From the NCBI GenBank assembly GCA_963724295.1, contig CAVRUC010000013.1, forward strand, positions 64,001 to 128,000: 64,000 nucleotides of DNA, written 5' to 3'. The notes beneath the pieces are model-generated. The model was not told where the DNA came from. It did not search any database and saw only the letters and a list, made by a program, of their open reading frames with translations. This document shows, one piece after another, positions 59,748-64,000 of the stretch (the stretch's first letter is position 1; the number at the start of each line of letters is the position of its first letter). Made by a program: the position numbers and the translations under genes. The DNA is from an uncultured Chloroflexia bacterium. GTDB lineage: Bacteria; Chloroflexota; Chloroflexia; Thermomicrobiales; UBA6265.

Positions 59748-60137
59748 TCAGCCGTCGCCGGGCACCGTGGCTCGGCCCTCAGCGAGGGCGACTGCGCGGT
59801 CGACCAGTGCGAGGGCGGCCGCTAGGCCGAGATCGGCGACGACCGCCCGCTCCCCGTTGACGCTCGTCTCGACCCGCGGCGCGCCGTCCGGGTAAAGCAG
59901 CGTCCACGCCCGGCTCCCCGCCTCCACGGCCGGCGCCAGACTGCTGCAGAAGACGAGGTCGGGTCGGGTCCGGACCACCATTCCGTCGAGCTCGGCGGGC
60001 TCGACCGCGACTGCCGAGGCCTCGGAGCGCAGCGCTGCCAGCGCCCCCGCCAGCGCCTCGCGGTAGACCCGCGGCTCGTTCGCGACCAAGACGCAAACGC
60101 GCGGCGTCCCGCCAGCCGTCGGAGGTCGGTTCGGCAT
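59748..60137 (-). CDS. Hypothetical protein, degenerate receiver-like domain
   Basis: VLVANEP..YREALA.AL and PDLVFCS follow the REC beta/alpha pattern without the acidic pocket; RBS ggggag. Confidence 0.55.
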   Translation of the reverse strand: MPNRPPTAGGTPRVCVLVANEPRVYREALAGALAALRSEASAVAVEPAELDGMVVRTRPDLVFCSSLAPAVEAGSRAWTLLYPDGAPRVETSVNGERAVVADLGLAAALALVDRAVALAEGRATVPGDG

Positions 60138-60537
60138 CGGCAGAGCTCCCCTTTGTGGGCGGCGTACGGCGGGGACAGGGCGCGAGGCGCGGCGGCTCGG
60201 ACCCGGCCGGTACCTACTCGGGCCGGGCGCGACCCAGCGGCACTACGGAGCAAACGTACTCTGCCCGGTCTGCGGCGCCATACCCCAACGAGCCAGAATC
60301 CGCGGCGGCGGGAGTGCGTGAGAGTCCCGGCAGACAAGCGACTGGGAGACTGTCGAGCCGATGCACACCCGGACTGCGCCGTGTCCCTCGGCCTCGCCGG
60401 GATCACCTGAGCATTTCCACTGCTAACTTCGGCTCGCGCCCGGGAGCACGCGGCCAAGCCGCGCCTGGCCACACCCGCGGTGACGGGCGGCCCGCCGGAA
60501 CCTTCCTGCTGCGTCCCAACTCCTACCGTCGCCGTGG

Positions 60538-60556
60538 CTCGATTGAGCTAGGGAAA
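60538..60556 (+). promoter_or_regulatory. Third copy of the CTC.WTTGAGYTAGGGAAA motif, upstream of the GT operon
   Basis: ctcgattgagctagggaaa versus ctcaattgagttagggaaa at 58434-58452. Confidence 0.5.
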
Positions 60557-60960
60557 TTTGGCTCCTTTCTGGGATTGGTAAGGAGCCTTTCGAACCTACA
60601 ATCCGGCATAACAAATCTTCAACATTCGAACCACGTTCGTGGTGGATCGGTGCGAAGTCGACCATGCCGGGAGCGCCGTTACGGCGCCCCGAGGGTGAAC
60701 CGGCGCATGCCCTCGACGCCAGAACGTGTCAGGAAGGATGGTGGATCGATGAATCCCAAGCGTTGGCCGCCGTAATCGAAGAGCATCGGCCATACCCAAG
60801 GTAAGCGGGGGGCACCGCGTCACGATGTCGCCCCCGCCCACCTTTGCCACACCAGATGCGCCTAACGGGCAACACCGGCTGCGCTGCCTACTTTACAGGC
60901 TGCAACCGCCGGCGTGTATCCCCGTTCGGGCCAGACCCTGACCGGAACGGAGAGGACGCC

Positions 60961-61824
60961 ATGGTTGCCAAGCTGCAGGAGTTAGAGATCCCCGCGCCGT
61001 CGCTGAGCTTCGTCGCCGACGAGGGCAGGAACTGGACCGGACATCACCGGGTCAGCGTCGTCATCCCGGCTATGAACGAAGCGAAGAACCTGCCCCACGT
61101 TCTGCCGCGGATCCCCGGATGGGTGGACGAGGTGGTGTTGGTCGACGGCCGCTCGACCGACGGCACAGCGGAGGTCGCGCTCGGCTTGCTGCCGTCAATC
61201 AGGATTGTCGAGCAGGAGGGCAAGGGGAAGGGGGCCGCGCTCAGAAGCGGCTTCGCGGCGGCGAGTGGCGAGATCATCGTCATGCTCGACGCCGACGGCT
61301 CGATGGACCCGGCCGAGATCCACGCCTACGTCGGGCAACTCCTGGCCGGGGCCGACTTCGTCAAGGGGTCCCGCTTCATGCAAGGCGGGGGGACGTCCGA
61401 CATGACGGCACTCCGCCGGGCGGGGAACTGGGGGCTGACCCAGCTCGTGCGTGGCCTCTTCGGAGGGCGCTTCTCGGACCTCTGCTACGGCTATGCCGCT
61501 TTCTGGGCGCGGACGCTGCCCACCCTCGCGCTGACGGCCGACGGATTCGAGATCGAGACTGAGATGAACCTGCGCGCTCTGCAAGCCAAGCTTCGGGTGG
61601 CCGAGGTGGCGAGCTTCGAGGCCGACCGGATCCACGGGGAGAGCAACCTGCGCACGTTCCCTGATGGATGGCGGGTGCTTAAGGCGATTGGCCGGCACGC
61701 GTGGCAGGACTGTTGCCGCGAGTGGACCGGGCTCTGGAAGCAGAGCGTCGGTGCCCTCGGCGGCACAACGACCCTGTCCGCGCCGATGCTCGACCTTGAG
61801 CTGAAGAACCCGGCCGGTGACTGA
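60961..61824 (+). CDS. Glycosyltransferase family 2 (DPM synthase-like)
   Basis: VSVVIPAMNE, VDGRSTDGT, GKGAAL, LDADGS, GSRF, GFEIETE motifs. Confidence 0.92.
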   Translation: MVAKLQELEIPAPSLSFVADEGRNWTGHHRVSVVIPAMNEAKNLPHVLPRIPGWVDEVVLVDGRSTDGTAEVALGLLPSIRIVEQEGKGKGAALRSGFAAASGEIIVMLDADGSMDPAEIHAYVGQLLAGADFVKGSRFMQGGGTSDMTALRRAGNWGLTQLVRGLFGGRFSDLCYGYAAFWARTLPTLALTADGFEIETEMNLRALQAKLRVAEVASFEADRIHGESNLRTFPDGWRVLKAIGRHAWQDCCREWTGLWKQSVGALGGTTTLSAPMLDLELKNPAGD

Positions 61825-62863
61825 GGTCGCACGGGGTATAGTCGCCGCCTCCACCATTGGCGCCTCGGCCGACGTCTCGGTCGTTATTTGCGCGTACACC
61901 GAGGACCGTTGGCTCGATCTCATGGCGGCGATCGATTCCGTCCGAAAGCAGACGGTGCCGGCTCGGGAAGTCGTGGTCGTCGTCGATCACAACGAGCACC
62001 TGTTGGCGCGGGTGCGGTCCCTAGCAGAAGACCTGGTCGTCGTCGAGAACGCCGAAGCCCGCGGGCTCTCGGGGGCCCGCAATAGTGGGGTCGCCGCGGC
62101 GGGGGGCAAGATCGTTGCCTTTCTCGACGACGACGCGCTGGCGGCGAACGACTGGCTCGAGCACCTCGCCGCCGGCTACGACGAGCCGCGGGTTCTGGGC
62201 GTAGGGGGAGCGATCGAGCCGCTCTGGAACGGTCGTCCTCCCCGCTGGTTTCCGGCCGAGTTCCACTGGGTTGTCGGCTGCACCTATCGCGGGATGCCCG
62301 AGACCACGGCGACCGTCCGCAACCTGATCGGCGCCAATATGTCGTTCCGGCGGGCGGTCTTCGAGGGCGTTGGCGGATTCCATGCCGGCGTCGGTCGGGT
62401 CGGCGCCCTGCCCGTCGGCTGCGAGGAGACCGAGCTCTGCATCCGTGGCCGTCAGCGCTGGCCGGACGGCGTCTGGCGCTACGAGCCGCGGGCCCGCGTG
62501 CGGCACAAGGTCCTCGGGCGGCGGACCAGTTGGGACTACTTCCGCTCGCGCTGCTACGCCGAAGGCCGCTCCAAGGCGGTGGTCGCGCGACTGGTCGGCG
62601 CCGGCGACGGGTTGGCGTCGGAACGCGCGTACACGATGCGGACCCTGCCGGCCGGGGTCGTGGCCGGCCTGGCAACGACGATGCGCGGTGATCCTTCCGG
62701 GTTGGCTCGGGCCGGCGCCATCGTCGGCGGCCTGGCGATCACAACGGCCGGCTACGTGGCCGGCACAGCGGCGACGCGACGCCGCTCCGGCTCGGGCACC
62801 GTCGCCCACGAACGATCAAGCAGCCACCGCGCCTCGGGCGCGGCGGCACCAGGGAGGGGATAA
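61817..62863 (+). CDS. Glycosyltransferase family 2
   Basis: SVVICAY, GLSGARNSG, AFLDDD, GANMSFRR, GCEETE motifs. Confidence 0.92.
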   Translation: MTEVARGIVAASTIGASADVSVVICAYTEDRWLDLMAAIDSVRKQTVPAREVVVVVDHNEHLLARVRSLAEDLVVVENAEARGLSGARNSGVAAAGGKIVAFLDDDALAANDWLEHLAAGYDEPRVLGVGGAIEPLWNGRPPRWFPAEFHWVVGCTYRGMPETTATVRNLIGANMSFRRAVFEGVGGFHAGVGRVGALPVGCEETELCIRGRQRWPDGVWRYEPRARVRHKVLGRRTSWDYFRSRCYAEGRSKAVVARLVGAGDGLASERAYTMRTLPAGVVAGLATTMRGDPSGLARAGAIVGGLAITTAGYVAGTAATRRRSGSGTVAHERSSSHRASGAAAPGRG

Positions 62864-62870
62864 GAACGGG

Positions 62871-64000
62871 ATGAGCAAGAAGAATCATTGGATCGAGTTC
62901 AACATTCACGACCGGGCGACGATGCGCGTGGCGCGGGACGCACCGACCGCCTTGCTCTTGCGGGACATGTTCGCGCCGTTCCTGGCCGAGGGGCTGGGGC
63001 ACTACGACCTGACGATCACCGGACGGCCCGAGCCCCTGGTCGGCGCGGCGCACGGCGAAACCGAGTACGACTACACCGACACCGCGGTCCAGCTCAACTC
63101 GAGCGGCGTCCAGGTCTTGGTCGAAGAGGGCGGCTTCCGCCTCAACGGCTCGCGAGAGCTGCTCGTCGCGGCGTTGCCCCTGATCGACCGCATCCTGGTG
63201 ACGCGGGGCGTGGCGATGGTCCATGCCGCCACCGTTGACTTCCGCGGCCACGGGATCTGCATGCCGGCCTGGGGCGGTACTGGCAAGACGAGCACGATCG
63301 CCAAGCTGCTCAAGCTGGACGGCGTTGCCTTCATGGGCGACGACTGGGCCTTCCTCGACAACGGCGGCCAGTTGCTCGGCTACGCCAAGCCGATGTTCAT
63401 CAAGCCCCACCACCGGCGGATCTACCCGCACCTGTTCGAACGCCGCCGGAAGCCGCTGGTGCCGACCCGGCTCTCACGGCCGCTCGGGCGATTGACGACG
63501 ATCGTCCACCCGCTGATCACCCGCTACCCGCGGCTGGCGCGGGCGACGCGGAAGTGGTCGCCGGAGCACATGATGGTGACGCCGCAGGCCGCCTTCCCGC
63601 ACGCCCTGGTCTCGACCGCGGCCCCGCTGGCGATCGCCGTCTTCGTCGAGCGCCACGAGGGCGCCAAGCCAGTGATGACGGAGCGCGACCAGTCGTGGAT
63701 GGTGTCGCGGTTGGTCGGCAACTTCCACGCCGAGATTGCGCCGCAGTCGCAGGCGGTGATCACGGCGCTGGGAGCGACGGGGTTGGTTCCCATCGAACGT
63801 TACTTCGCCGAGAAGGCGGCGGTGCTCGAACGCGCGCTGGTCGGGAAGCCCGCGTTTCTGCTCCAGGTGCCGCAGGCGTACTCGCCGGACGAGGCCTCCG
63901 ACGTGATCGTGGCCCACCTCCAGGAGGCGCTGGCCCGCGCCGGCGTTGGCGAGGCGCGGGCCGTCGGGACCGAGGTGGCGGCCACGGCCCGCCGGCCGGC
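62871..64000 (+). CDS. HPr kinase-related P-loop protein; runs off the window (absent from the ORF track because there is no stop)
   Basis: My translation: MSKKNHWIEF...VHAATVDFRGHGICMPAWGGTGKTS...FMGDDWAFL, i.e. the HA / Walker A / DD signature of the HprK superfamily. Confidence 0.75.
   Translation, partial: MSKKNHWIEFNIHDRATMRVARDAPTALLLRDMFAPFLAEGLGHYDLTITGRPEPLVGAAHGETEYDYTDTAVQLNSSGVQVLVEEGGFRLNGSRELLVAALPLIDRILVTRGVAMVHAATVDFRGHGICMPAWGGTGKTSTIAKLLKLDGVAFMGDDWAFLDNGGQLLGYAKPMFIKPHHRRIYPHLFERRRKPLVPTRLSRPLGRLTTIVHPLITRYPRLARATRKWSPEHMMVTPQAAFPHALVSTAAPLAIAVFVERHEGAKPVMTERDQSWMVSRLVGNFHAEIAPQSQAVITALGATGLVPIERYFAEKAAVLERALVGKPAFLLQVPQAYSPDEASDVIVAHLQEALARAGVGEARAVGTEVAATARRP

Overview
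64 kb of high-GC bacterial chromosome. Gene content and style suggest Chloroflexota (Thermomicrobiales-like); this is an inference, not a measurement. Positions 1-53.1 kb are mostly housekeeping and accessory genes: aroA, a double-length thyX, thiM, pdxA, corA/mgtE, an S9 peptidase, a BKACE enzyme, a sugar ABC locus with three GH4 glycosidases plus a PhyH dioxygenase and an amidohydrolase, a DUF58/vWA operon with no MoxR, and an ECF sigma/anti-sigma pair. At ~53138 a DUF1537 sugar-acid kinase gene is cut off abruptly. An island-like segment follows: ISAs1 remnant, STAND-LuxR regulator, sensor-less His kinase, NarL-type regulator, two GT2 genes and an HPr-kinase-like P-loop protein running off the window. 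Seven apparent +1 frameshifts in six otherwise intact genes, including aroA, look like long-read assembly errors. Most notable signals: (1) a four-helix-bundle (23S-IVP/Avd-like) gene bracketed by inverted arrays of an 8-bp repeat, with two gene-less copies of the same element elsewhere in the window; (2) an orphan Pycsar-type membrane effector with no cyclase; (3) a parS-like palindrome beside a related perfect 26-bp palindrome; (4) a motif shared between the regulator and GT-operon upstream regions; (5) several apparently catalytically degenerate enzymes. No rRNA, tRNA or CRISPR array was recognised. All family calls come from motif recognition by eye, not database searches.
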